DNA of 64,000 nt from Rickettsiales bacterium (GTDB lineage Bacteria; Pseudomonadota; Alphaproteobacteria; Rs-D84). The position numbers were made by a program, and so were the translations under genes. The stretch is from assembly GCA_031266915.1 (NCBI GenBank), contig JAISAB010000024.1:23571-87570 (forward strand), read 5' to 3'. Positions 29,865 through 38,235 of this stretch are shown here, piece after piece (positions within the stretch are counted from its first letter, which is position 1; every line of letters begins with the position of its first letter). The notes beneath the pieces are model-generated. The model saw only the letters and a program-made list of their open reading frames with translations, had not been told where the DNA came from and ran no database searches.

Positions 29865-30464
29865 TTAAGGTTTCCAGGGCTTCACATCATCGTCAACTAA
29901 AATAATATTCGAATAATAACAGTCCGACGTGTACGTATAATTTCCGATAGTATCTTCGTCGGTCGTACCGGCCGGTATGTAACAGCTTGTAATCGCCGTC
30001 GCGCCAGCCGCGCTGCTTTTTGATTCCGGGCAGGCGGTGCAGCCGGTTGAACCGTTGGTGCTGGTGCCGTAATAGTCGGCCGCGCATCTGTACGACGTGC
30101 CAGTCGTGTTGCACGTGTTGCAATCACAATTGCGATCGACTTTCTTTTCATATCCGGTCGCGTGCGCGACCCAGTTCGTGTCGCTGATGCAGTTTTCGCA
30201 CCCATTGCAGTTGATTTCGCAGTCTTGGTATATGAAAGTACAGCTGCCGGTATTTTGCGTATTCCCAGACTTTATGTTGTAACCGTTGGCGCAGGTTTGG
30301 CATGAATAAAAATTGTTGCTTTCGTAACAAACGACTTTAGAGCATCCCGTGATTGTTGGGGTGGGGGCCGAGCAAGTTGCCGATTGGCATATCGCCCCAA
30401 AAACTCTGCAAGGTATCACCGACAAAACAAGAAAAACAACTCCGTTTCGTAAAATTTTTATCAT
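29865..30464 (-). CDS. secreted cysteine-rich protein, paralog A
   Basis: The likely start MIKILRNGVVFLVLSVIPCRVFGA is a signal peptide. Shared motifs are SYRCAADYYGTSTNGSTGCTACP and the C-terminal SCYIPAGTTDEDTIGNYTYTSDCYY. Confidence 0.75.
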   Translation of the reverse strand: MIKILRNGVVFLVLSVIPCRVFGAICQSATCSAPTPTITGCSKVVCYESNNFYSCQTCANGYNIKSGNTQNTGSCTFIYQDCEINCNGCENCISDTNWVAHATGYEKKVDRNCDCNTCNTTGTSYRCAADYYGTSTNGSTGCTACPESKSSAAGATAITSCYIPAGTTDEDTIGNYTYTSDCYYSNIILVDDDVKPWKP

Positions 30465-30493
30465 GCCGATTTCTCCATTTGTTTTATGTGAAC

Positions 30494-30710
30494 AAAAAAC
30501 CACCGGAAAAACAGGTGGTTGGAGGTTAGCGACTATTATCAGAAATAGTGGTGGTATTCGATATATTCCCACACCCTCCAACCATTAAAATGTTGGAGCG
30601 AACACAGCAAAGTATCGCCTTGTGCCAGCGTCTGATAACGGGTCGCTAAACCCCATCGTCGGAATTCCCGACGACACTGGCATTCTATCCGATTAAGATT
30701 TGCGACGCAA
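30494..30710 (-). promoter_or_regulatory. structured leader RNA, copy A (promoter + P1/P2 + antiterminator/terminator)
   Basis: The promoter is TTGCGT-17-TAGAAT. P1 is UCGUCGG-GAAUU-CCGACGA. The four segments are CUCCAAC / GGUUGGAGG / CCUCCAACCACC / GGUGGUU followed by U6. GGAG and the ATG come next. Confidence 0.7.
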
Positions 30711-30753
30711 GCAAAAGCTTGTTATAATCGTTTCAAATAAAGAGGATTCAAAT

Positions 30754-31353
30754 ATGCTTGCAAAGATAAACTTGGTCGTGTTCGATTTCGACGGGACGCT
30801 GTCCGCGTACGACGCCAACATGAAATTCGGGAAATATTGTTTCAAACATTCGGTGCGACCGTGGCTGTTCCTGCCGGTGATTTCGGTTGCGGCAATCGGC
30901 CGCCTGTTCAATCCAGGCGGCGTCTGGTGGCGCCAGACCATGCGTTCGTTCCTGACCAAGGATATGGTGAAAAAATTAGCGCCCGGATTTATCTGCGAAC
31001 ACAAAATGGAACGTTTTGGCTGGGCGGCCGAGCAGGTTGCCGCCGAGCGCGCGGTTGGCAACAAAGTCATACTGATTTCCGCCGGGCCGGATTATTTGAT
31101 TCCGTTCCTGGTCGACGACATAAAGTTCGACGGCGTCGTCTGTTCGGTTATGAACAAAAACAAGCCATGGAAATACGAATTCTTTTGCTGGGGTAAATAC
31201 AAAGTCCAGGCCATGGACGAATGGGCGCGAAAAAACAGATACTTGCCGCGTTTGAAAAAATCTTATTCCGACAGCAGAACGGACATGCCGCTGATGGAAT
31301 TGGCTTGCCGGCAAGTGTGGATTAATCCAAAAACAGGTATGAGGAAAAATTAA
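30754..31353 (+). CDS. HAD-superfamily hydrolase
   Basis: The start is MLAKINLVVFDFDGTLS, which contains the DxDGT motif I. Later motifs include ILISAGPD and SDSRTD. Confidence 0.7.
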   Translation: MLAKINLVVFDFDGTLSAYDANMKFGKYCFKHSVRPWLFLPVISVAAIGRLFNPGGVWWRQTMRSFLTKDMVKKLAPGFICEHKMERFGWAAEQVAAERAVGNKVILISAGPDYLIPFLVDDIKFDGVVCSVMNKNKPWKYEFFCWGKYKVQAMDEWARKNRYLPRLKKSYSDSRTDMPLMELACRQVWINPKTGMRKN

Positions 31354-31450
31354 ATATAACGACGCATATGCTTGCATCCGACGCCGGTCATGTATGTCCA
31401 ATACACTCCCTTCGTCGGATGCGGCGCATCTGCATCATTCTATTTAATTT
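31347..31450. repeat. palindromic element of about 100 nt with a TCATGTAT..ATACAC core (copy 2)
   Basis: The 10-bp stem GCATCCGACG/CGTCGGATGC encloses GTCATGTATGTCCAATACACTCCC. The outer arms are AAATTAAATATAA / TCTATTTAATTT. Confidence 0.7.
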
Positions 31451-31506
31451 TATGCTCAACCGACAGGAATGTATCTTTTATAACTTATCCATTATAACTT
31501 ATAACT

Positions 31507-31533
31507 AAAAAACGGCCCAGCGGGCCGTTTTTT
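31507..31533. terminator. bidirectional intrinsic terminator
   Basis: A6-CGGCCC-AGC-GGGCCG-T6, overlapping the rmuC stop codon. Confidence 0.6.
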
Positions 31534-32404
31534 ATTCGTCCCCGAATTCCAATTCCTTTAACTTTTCTGCGCGGGGGGAAATCTTGTTAATAGATGTCTG
31601 CAGCTGTTCTATGTCAGTCGTCGTTTGAATAAAATGACGCTGCAGATTCGACGCCCTGTCGGACAGGCGGGACAGGTCGGTCAACAGCATATCCAATTCC
31701 TTTTTAATTTGCGCCGCAACACGTTTGATTTTTATGTCCGATAGCACCGCGCGGATTGTATTCAGCGTCGCCCACAATGTCGCTGGGGAAACGATAAAGA
31801 CTTTCTTGCGCGCGGCGTAATCGACGACACCCGGAAATTCGCGGTGCAATGTTTCAAAGATGGATTCGGACGCGATAAACATCATCGCGCTTTCCGCGGT
31901 CTTGCCGGGAATGATGTATTTTTCGCAAATCGCGTCGATATGCTTGCGGACATCCAGTTCAAATTGCTTTTTCGCCATGCCGTCTTCGGCCATTTTGGCG
32001 TACGATTCCAAGGGGAACTTGCTGTCGATAATCATATCGCCCGGCGGATAGGGCAGCCGGATGACACAATCGGGGCGTACGCCGTTTTCCAAAACGCATT
32101 GGAATTCATACGTCTCAGGCGGCATGACGTCCGCGACCAGGTCTTCCAGTTGGCGTTCGCCGAACGAGCCGCGGGCCTGCTTGCTGCCCATCAATATATT
32201 TTTAAAATTCGAAATATCGGTGCTGATGACCTTTAATTCCTGGGCGTTTTGGGTCAGGACGCCCAGGCGGTTTGCCAAAACCTCGCGCAATCTGACGTTT
32301 TCCTCGCGGATGGGGGACAGGTCCACGGTCTGTTTTCGGGCTATCAGCGCAATTAATAAAACGATAATCAGCGCGACGCCGCCCAGTATTAAATAACTTG
32401 TCAT
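31532..32404 (-). CDS. rmuC: DNA recombination protein RmuC
   Basis: It has an N-terminal TM segment, a coiled coil and then RGSFGERQLEDLVADVMP...IIDSKFPLESY, which is typical of RmuC. The Shine-Dalgarno AAAGGAAA favours the ATG at 32404. Confidence 0.8.
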   Translation of the reverse strand: MTSYLILGGVALIIVLLIALIARKQTVDLSPIREENVRLREVLANRLGVLTQNAQELKVISTDISNFKNILMGSKQARGSFGERQLEDLVADVMPPETYEFQCVLENGVRPDCVIRLPYPPGDMIIDSKFPLESYAKMAEDGMAKKQFELDVRKHIDAICEKYIIPGKTAESAMMFIASESIFETLHREFPGVVDYAARKKVFIVSPATLWATLNTIRAVLSDIKIKRVAAQIKKELDMLLTDLSRLSDRASNLQRHFIQTTTDIEQLQTSINKISPRAEKLKELEFGDE

Positions 32405-32445
32405 CTGAATTTCCTTTGTTAAAATCATTATAAAAGGAATACGAA

Positions 32446-32949
32446 ATGTTGCAAATGAAATTATGCGGCGATTTGATACTGCGCGAGAAATGTGACGCGG
32501 TGACCGAAATCACGCCGGAAATCCGCGAAACGCTGGATGAAATGGTCAAGATAATGGAACAGCAGTGCGGCGTCGGCTTGGCCGCGCCCCAGGTCGGTGT
32601 CCTGCAAAGATTCCTGGTTATGACAAACCCGGACGACAAGCAGGTGTTTAAAATGATTAACCCAAGGTTCGTATCCAGGTCCGAAAAGACCCGCGTTATG
32701 GAAGAGGGCTGTCTGTCGGTGCTGGGCAACGATGATTTGCCGGTCTACGCCAATGTCACCCGCCCCGAATCGGTGGAAGTCGAATGGACGGATGAAAACG
32801 GCCGGCTGCTGCGGGCCGAGATGTCCGGATACCCTGCGCGTATCGTACAGCATGAAATGGACCATCTTGACGGCATCTTGTTTATGGATTATCTGTCGCC
32901 GGTCAGGCGCGAAATGCTGATGCGTAAAGTAAAGAAGTTTAAAAAATGA
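32446..32949 (+). CDS. def: peptide deformylase
   Basis: All three motifs are present: GVGLAAPQ, EGCLS and HEMDHL. Confidence 0.95.
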   Translation: MLQMKLCGDLILREKCDAVTEITPEIRETLDEMVKIMEQQCGVGLAAPQVGVLQRFLVMTNPDDKQVFKMINPRFVSRSEKTRVMEEGCLSVLGNDDLPVYANVTRPESVEVEWTDENGRLLRAEMSGYPARIVQHEMDHLDGILFMDYLSPVRREMLMRKVKKFKK

Positions 32950-33881
32950 AACTGGTATTGATGGGAACAAACGAATGGACAGTGCCTGTTTTCGAACGGG
33001 CGGCGGCCGAGCACGAGATAATCGCGGTCTTTACGCGTGCGCCCAAGCCGGCGGGCCGCAAGATGATTCCGCAAAAATCCCCAGTTCACATTTGGGCCGA
33101 GGCGCGCGGTCTGCCAGTGCATACGAATATCAAGGAATTTGATATACCGTGCCCCCCCTCGTCGCCGCAAGCGGCGACACTCCCCCCTCAGCGGGGGGGA
33201 GACATAGCACCGAGTTTCAATCCGATTCGGCGCGATGTGCCCCCCCCCGAGAGGGGGGGCTCCGCACGAAGTGCGGTGGGGGGGGGTATAGATTTCATCG
33301 TCGTGGCCTCGTACGGCGTGATTCTGCACGATGATGTGTTGAACGCGGCGCCGATAATCAATCTGCACCCCAGTTTGTTGCCGAAGTATCGCGGGCCGTC
33401 GCCGATGCTGACCGCGATTTTAAACGGCGACGCGCGGACCGGCGTCTGCCTGATGGATGTCGTACCCGAGGTTGATGCTGGTGATATTCATATGACCCGC
33501 GAAATAGAAATAGGCAAAAACGATACCGTCGTTGATTTAGAGGCGCGGGTCTCGTCCGTATCCGCGGATATGTTAAGCCAGTATCTGAAAAATCCGGCCG
33601 CATTTCCGCCGCGGCCGCAGATTGGCACGCCGACCTTTACGCGCAAATTCACGCCGGCGGATACCGTTATAGATTGGAACAAAACGCCCCTGGAAATTCA
33701 TAATCAAATCCGCAGCATCGGCGGCCGCACAAAAATCAACGGCATGGATGCGAAGGTTTTGGAAACGCGCGTCGTCGGGGATAAACTGGAAATTCTGCGC
33801 GTCCAGCCGGCGGGAAAAAATCCCATGGATTGGAAGTCTTTTGTAAACGGCCAGCGCGGCGAAATAAAAATCGGGGAATAG
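32946..33881 (+). CDS. fmt: methionyl-tRNA formyltransferase (with an in-frame repeat insertion)
   Basis: It overlaps the def stop (ATGA). It shows VVASYGVIL, NLHPSLLPKYRG and a C-terminal domain. About 48 extra residues lie between IKEFD and IDFIVV. Confidence 0.9.
   Translation: MKLVLMGTNEWTVPVFERAAAEHEIIAVFTRAPKPAGRKMIPQKSPVHIWAEARGLPVHTNIKEFDIPCPPSSPQAATLPPQRGGDIAPSFNPIRRDVPPPERGGSARSAVGGGIDFIVVASYGVILHDDVLNAAPIINLHPSLLPKYRGPSPMLTAILNGDARTGVCLMDVVPEVDAGDIHMTREIEIGKNDTVVDLEARVSSVSADMLSQYLKNPAAFPPRPQIGTPTFTRKFTPADTVIDWNKTPLEIHNQIRSIGGRTKINGMDAKVLETRVVGDKLEILRVQPAGKNPMDWKSFVNGQRGEIKIGE
33144..33290. repeat. GC-rich multi-hairpin element inserted in frame in fmt
   Basis: It contains the GTCGCCGCAAGCGGCGAC hairpin, TCCCCCC-TCAGC-GGGGGGA, and C9...G7 and G9 tracts. 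It encodes IPCPPSSPQAATLPPQRGGDIAPSFNPIRRDVPPPERGGSARSAVGGG. Confidence 0.75.
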
Positions 33882-33887
33882 AAAAAA

Positions 33888-34763
33888 ATGACGCGTTACA
33901 AGCTGACTCTTGAATACAACGGCACGAATCTGATTGGCTGGCAGGCGAACAAACATGGCCCGTCGGTCCAGTCCCTGTTGCAGTCCGCAATATTCGAATT
34001 CAGCGGCCAGCATGTCAATGTCTGGTCGGCCGGCCGCACGGATGCCGGCGTGCACGCGCTGGGGATGGTCGCGCATTTTGATATATTCCCCTTCGCTGGC
34101 GAAGGGGTGGCAGCGAGCGTAAGCGAAGCTGACGGGGTAGTGGTAAAAGTCAGCCCAACCACTATCCCGCCGGCATCCGCCGGCACACCTTCGCCGGCGA
34201 AGGGGAATTCTGATACCGTCATGCGGGCGTTGAATTTCTATCTGACGCAGATGAACGCGCCGGTCGCGGTGTTGGATTGCGCGGTTGTCGGCGAAGACTT
34301 TCATTCCCGTTTTTCGTGCGTTCGCAGAAATTACAGGTATATTATTTTAAACCGCCGAGCGCCCGTCATTTTGGACAAGGACATGGTTTGGCACGTTCCG
34401 TATGATTTGGACATCGACAGAATGCGCGCGGCGGCGGCCCGGCTGGTCGGCAATCACGATTTCACATCCTTTCGCGCGACACAATGCCAGGCCAAAAGTC
34501 CGATTAAAACACTGGATGAAATCAATATTGAGGAATGTAATATGATGTGCGGCGCGACGGATATGATTGGCCGGTATATCATTATAAACGTGTCCGCGCA
34601 GTCGTTCCTGCACCATATGGTGCGCAATATCGTCGGGACCTTGGTTGAGATCGGCCGCGGTCGTGACTTGGATATTGACGCGATTTTTGCGGCCCGCGAC
34701 CGCAGCGCCGCCGGCGTAACCGCCCCGGCGTCGGGACTGTATTTCGTCAGCGCGGAATATTAA
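33888..34763 (+). CDS. truA: tRNA pseudouridine(38-40) synthase (with an in-frame repeat insertion)
   Basis: It shows YNGTNLIGWQ, the catalytic GRTDAGVHA and FHSRFS. About 41 extra residues follow AHFDIF. Confidence 0.9.
   Translation: MTRYKLTLEYNGTNLIGWQANKHGPSVQSLLQSAIFEFSGQHVNVWSAGRTDAGVHALGMVAHFDIFPFAGEGVAASVSEADGVVVKVSPTTIPPASAGTPSPAKGNSDTVMRALNFYLTQMNAPVAVLDCAVVGEDFHSRFSCVRRNYRYIILNRRAPVILDKDMVWHVPYDLDIDRMRAAAARLVGNHDFTSFRATQCQAKSPIKTLDEINIEECNMMCGATDMIGRYIIINVSAQSFLHHMVRNIVGTLVEIGRGRDLDIDAIFAARDRSAAGVTAPASGLYFVSAEY
34085..34207. repeat. 123-nt palindromic element inserted in frame in truA
   Basis: The terminal inverted hairpins are ATTCCCCTTCGCTGGCGAAGGGG and CCTTCGCCGGCGAAGGGGAAT. 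The length is 41 codons exactly. Confidence 0.75.
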
Positions 34764-34862
34764 AATAAATTCTATGGCCGCTTGTCGTTATACTCATCCT
34801 CGTGTATGTCTGATACACGTCGGATTTCGTATAACTTCCAATCAGCTCATATAATTTATTTT
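34762..34862. repeat. palindromic element of about 100 nt with a CGTGTATGTCTGATACACG core (copy 3)
   Basis: The outer arms are AAAATAAATTCTATGG / CTCATATAATTTATTTT. It starts at the truA stop codon. Confidence 0.65.
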
Positions 34863-34961
34863 AGAAATCAGCACGGAATATTAAAATTTAAGATATAAGA
34901 TTTGACGCCGACTAAATCTTATATCTGAAATCATAAATCTTAAATCCCACCATTTTCATAA

Positions 34962-35199
34962 TTGACTTTTGTTTTTATTTGAACTAGTATCAACATGCCG
35001 CGGAGAGTTTCCGCGGCGAGGTGTCAGAACCTCGGTCATACGCGTCGTGATATGTTGGCGCATTGTTGCGCCTTTGTTTTTATCACGATGGAAAATATGT
35101 CTCCTGACCTGGTCAGGAGGGCGGCTGAATATATAGAATAAGCGGCACAATTCGTATGATTGTTCTGAACCTCCTGACCGCCTTTATACGGCGGTTTTT
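34962..35199 (+). promoter_or_regulatory. structured leader RNA, copy B
   Basis: The promoter is TTGACT-17-TAGTAT. P1 is GCCGCGGA-GAGUU-UCCGCGGC and P2 is GAGGU-GUCAGA-ACCUC. The four segments are CUCCUGACC (35101), GGUCAGGAGG (35111), CCUCCUGACCGCC (35170) and GGCGGU followed by U5 (35190). Confidence 0.75.
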
Positions 35200-35226
35200 G
35201 CTTAACCAATGTAAAGGAGGATTGGA

Positions 35227-35799
35227 ATGAGATTCAGATTAATTTCAGTTTTTGCCGTCGCTGTGGCGCTTTGCGGCATGGACAGGGTATATGGTGCAGG
35301 ATTTCAATGTCCATCTAGCGGCGAATGCACTTGTCCGAACGGAGGGACTGGTTGTGTATGCGATGAAAATAATTATATAGATACATCCAAGTGCTGCAGA
35401 AAAGACTGTTCAAATAAATGCGCCGACGGCATCTGGAAACCCTCAAGCGTCAGTGGACATGAGGCTTATCACAATGCGCAGTTGCAAAAATCATCGTCGT
35501 GCACATGCGCAGACGGTTTGACAAGCTGCACCGCGACTTGCGGTTGCATTAACGTGGGGGTTTCAGACTACCGCTGCGCCGTCGGATACTATGGCACCAG
35601 TGTTGACGGAACATCAGGATGTACGCAATGCCCGCTGGTGGTCGGAGTGTATTCCGATTCGTTTCTAACATATGAAGCAAGGGGGACGACCGTTGATGCG
35701 GGAAACGGCAAATCGCAATCTGATTGCTATCTGGCAAACGGTGGAAAATATTACGACGCGACTGGGGATTTGACGCTAACGGGTAATTGTACTTACTAG
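35227..35799 (+). CDS. secreted cysteine-rich protein, paralog B
   Basis: The signal peptide is MRFRLISVFAVAVALCGMDRVYG. Shared motifs are DYRCAVGYYGTSVDGTSGCTQCP and the C-terminal SDCYLANGGKYYDATGDLTLTGNCTY. Confidence 0.8.
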   Translation: MRFRLISVFAVAVALCGMDRVYGAGFQCPSSGECTCPNGGTGCVCDENNYIDTSKCCRKDCSNKCADGIWKPSSVSGHEAYHNAQLQKSSSCTCADGLTSCTATCGCINVGVSDYRCAVGYYGTSVDGTSGCTQCPLVVGVYSDSFLTYEARGTTVDAGNGKSQSDCYLANGGKYYDATGDLTLTGNCTY

Positions 35800-35817
35800 G
35801 GTCAGGACTCATTAAAT

Positions 35818-37818
35818 TCACGCGCCCGGCATAGTTAAAATTACTTCTGCCTTTTGCCTTTCGCCTTCTGCCTTTCGGTGCCACCAGCGGTGCGACGGAG
35901 TGTATTCGATTTTTCCCGATTCATAAATGACAAAGCCGCCGCGCGGAATCTTGTGGTCGCATGTCGCGCTCTCGACCTTGAAATATGAAACGATAAAATC
36001 GATTTTTGGGTCGTTGCAAAACGCCGAGATGTTTCGGGCCAAGGGCACATATCTTTGAACATACGCCAGCGTCCAATTCGGCGTTTTGTAAACACAGACA
36101 CCGCGTTCGCACTTGCGGCGACGGTTGTCCGTATCGGCTGGCTCGTAATTCAAATGCTTCCAAGATTCGAAGGCGAAGTAATGGTTGGACGCGCGCGCCT
36201 TGTTGAATTCCAATTTGTCATTCGCGACGAACGCGACCAATTCATGGTCGTCCGTCGCATAGAACATTGGCCGCGGCCGCAGCGCCGCGACCGCCACGCC
36301 CGCCAGCACCAAGACGGCGAACATAACATAATTCGCCCGCCGGGCTTTGACGAACATCAGGCACAGAAACCCGAACAACATCAGCAGCAGCGCCGCGCCC
36401 GTTATGGGTGGAATTTGAATCTGGGCGAACGGCATGTCTGAAATCCTGTCGGCTGCTGCCAGCGCGAATCTGTAAATATTTTCGCTTAAATCCAGCGGCC
36501 AATGAAACCCGAACAGCGATGTTGCTGTTCCAATCATAACCAATGGCATAATCGCGAAAGAAAATATCGGCAGCAAAATCAGATTGCCAACAAGACCGTA
36601 AATCGGCAGAGAATAAAAATGATACGCCGCGAACGGCGCGGTAAAGATTGTCGCGACGACGGATGTCATCGCGGCCGCCCGAACTACGCGCGCGGCCTTG
36701 CGTGCAAACGACATCTTTTCGTGTTTGCTATCCCCGAAAAACCAAACCAGTCCGAATATCGCCGCGAACGACAGCTGGAATCCCGGCTGCATCACATAGT
36801 GCGGATTCATCAGAAATATCAGCATGAACGCGATGCAGACATTGCGCATTGAAAACGCGTTTCGTCCCAGTACGAATGCAGCGACTATCAGTGTAGTCAT
36901 CAGAAACGCGCGGACGGTGGCGACGTCGATTCCCGACAAGAACAGATAAAACAACAATCCCAGCCATGCGCAAATCATGGCGGGGTATCTGGCCGGAATA
37001 CGTCTGGTAATCGGCGCAACAGCGCGAAAGACAAGATAGAACAGCGCGAACAGCCACCCGCCGACCAATGTCATATGAAAACCACTGATTGACCAGACGT
37101 GGCCTACGCCGGTCGCCGTCCATGCGGGCGCGTCGTTTTTCGAAACCGCGTTCTTGTAACCCAGAACCAAAGCATCAGATAAAAACGAATTCGTTTGTCT
37201 GTGAATGTGATCGCGCAGATTATTTATCCCGGCGGATTCAGTTGCCGCCGCCGGTCGGTCTTTGTAATCATTCACATAGCCCGTCGCGCTGATTCCGTTG
37301 AAATACGCCCAGCGTGCGTAGTCGAACGCGCCCGGTGCCGATGGACCGGATGGCTTGAACAATGTCGCGGTCGCATTTATCCGGTCGCCGATTTTCGGCA
37401 AAGTATAATCGCCGCCAATGGACAGCCGGACCAGCGCGGTCCGGGTTTCGGACAAATTTTTGTTGAACAAATTCGCCGGAATTTTCACGAACAGGCGGGA
37501 CTTGTCATTCGTATAATCAATGTTCGCGACGACGCCCGTGATTTCCGCATTGCGCAGATTGTGTGACAATTGCGGCGTGTCGATAAAACGCGTGAATCCG
37601 CATGCGTAAAAGAACCCGAACAGCAGCAGCGCCGCACCGGTCGCGATAACGCCCGTTCGGCGGAAAATCAGAATTGCCCCGCACAACAATGAAATAAGAA
37701 TCGGAAAGGCGATATTCGGTTCGCGCGCCATTGAAAAGTACAGGCCCGCGCCGATGGCCATCACAAACGGCGACCACAGGAATAGATTTTGAAACTGATT
37801 TTCCAGGAAATGCTTCAC
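35818..37818 (-). CDS. comEC: ComEC/Rec2-family DNA internalisation channel protein
   Basis: 666 aa and polytopic. The competence-domain motif is GVGHVWSISGFHMTLVGGWLF. The start codon is GTG. No C-terminal metallo-beta-lactamase motif was seen. Confidence 0.8.
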   Translation of the reverse strand: MKHFLENQFQNLFLWSPFVMAIGAGLYFSMAREPNIAFPILISLLCGAILIFRRTGVIATGAALLLFGFFYACGFTRFIDTPQLSHNLRNAEITGVVANIDYTNDKSRLFVKIPANLFNKNLSETRTALVRLSIGGDYTLPKIGDRINATATLFKPSGPSAPGAFDYARWAYFNGISATGYVNDYKDRPAAATESAGINNLRDHIHRQTNSFLSDALVLGYKNAVSKNDAPAWTATGVGHVWSISGFHMTLVGGWLFALFYLVFRAVAPITRRIPARYPAMICAWLGLLFYLFLSGIDVATVRAFLMTTLIVAAFVLGRNAFSMRNVCIAFMLIFLMNPHYVMQPGFQLSFAAIFGLVWFFGDSKHEKMSFARKAARVVRAAAMTSVVATIFTAPFAAYHFYSLPIYGLVGNLILLPIFSFAIMPLVMIGTATSLFGFHWPLDLSENIYRFALAAADRISDMPFAQIQIPPITGAALLLMLFGFLCLMFVKARRANYVMFAVLVLAGVAVAALRPRPMFYATDDHELVAFVANDKLEFNKARASNHYFAFESWKHLNYEPADTDNRRRKCERGVCVYKTPNWTLAYVQRYVPLARNISAFCNDPKIDFIVSYFKVESATCDHKIPRGGFVIYESGKIEYTPSHRWWHRKAEGERQKAEVILTMPGA

Positions 37819-38032
37819 CGCCGGACACCAAAAGAATTTTGGTTAAAAGGCGGTCGGGACATTAAGCAAGTTATATTCCAAACCTCTGTCGCCTTTGGGT
37901 TTCCCCTGTGGTATAGCAACAGTGTCCCGACCTTTTTGGTCGAGACATAAATTAATCAGGAATATGGGTGCTTAACCCTAATGATGTAATTTACATCGTG
38001 ATAAATATACAATTTATCCTGTGGCTGTACAA
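37816..38032 (-). promoter_or_regulatory. structured leader RNA, copy E (start-codon-sequestering variant)
   Basis: The promoter is TTGTAC-17-TATATT. The segments are CUCGACC / GGUCGGGAC / GUCCCGACCGCC / GGCGGUG. The final GUG is the comEC start codon, and no U-tract follows. Confidence 0.6.
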
Positions 38033-38043
38033 GGGGAAAAAAT

Positions 38044-38167
38044 AATAGTCATTAGTCTATAGTCGTTAGTCAGTAGTCAATAGTGGATAGCGAATAGCAC
38101 ATAGCAATCTAGCTGTAATACTACAAACTATAAACTACTGACTAACGACTATAGACTAATGACTATT
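38044..38167. repeat. heptamer-built palindrome (TAGTNNN units)
   Basis: A perfect 34-bp inverted repeat, AATAGTCATTAGTCTATAGTCGTTAGTCAGTAGT (38044-38077) / its reverse complement (38134-38167). The spacer also has a 7-nt period. Confidence 0.9.
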
Positions 38168-38235
38168 GACCATATTTATTTCCTTGCGGGGCGGGGGAAA
38201 TTTTTTTTACAATAAAAGTCTGCGGGGGCGAAGCC

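Noticed and set aside
34997-35199. A leader-peptide (trp-type) attenuation mechanism for the structured leaders
   Set aside because: Short ORFs overlap segments 1-2 in several copies (MSPDLVRRAAEYIE in B, MVGGCGNISNTTTISDNSR in A, MAGGRRIY in G1/G2). They are in three different frames relative to the conserved GAAUAUAU core and share no peptide sequence.
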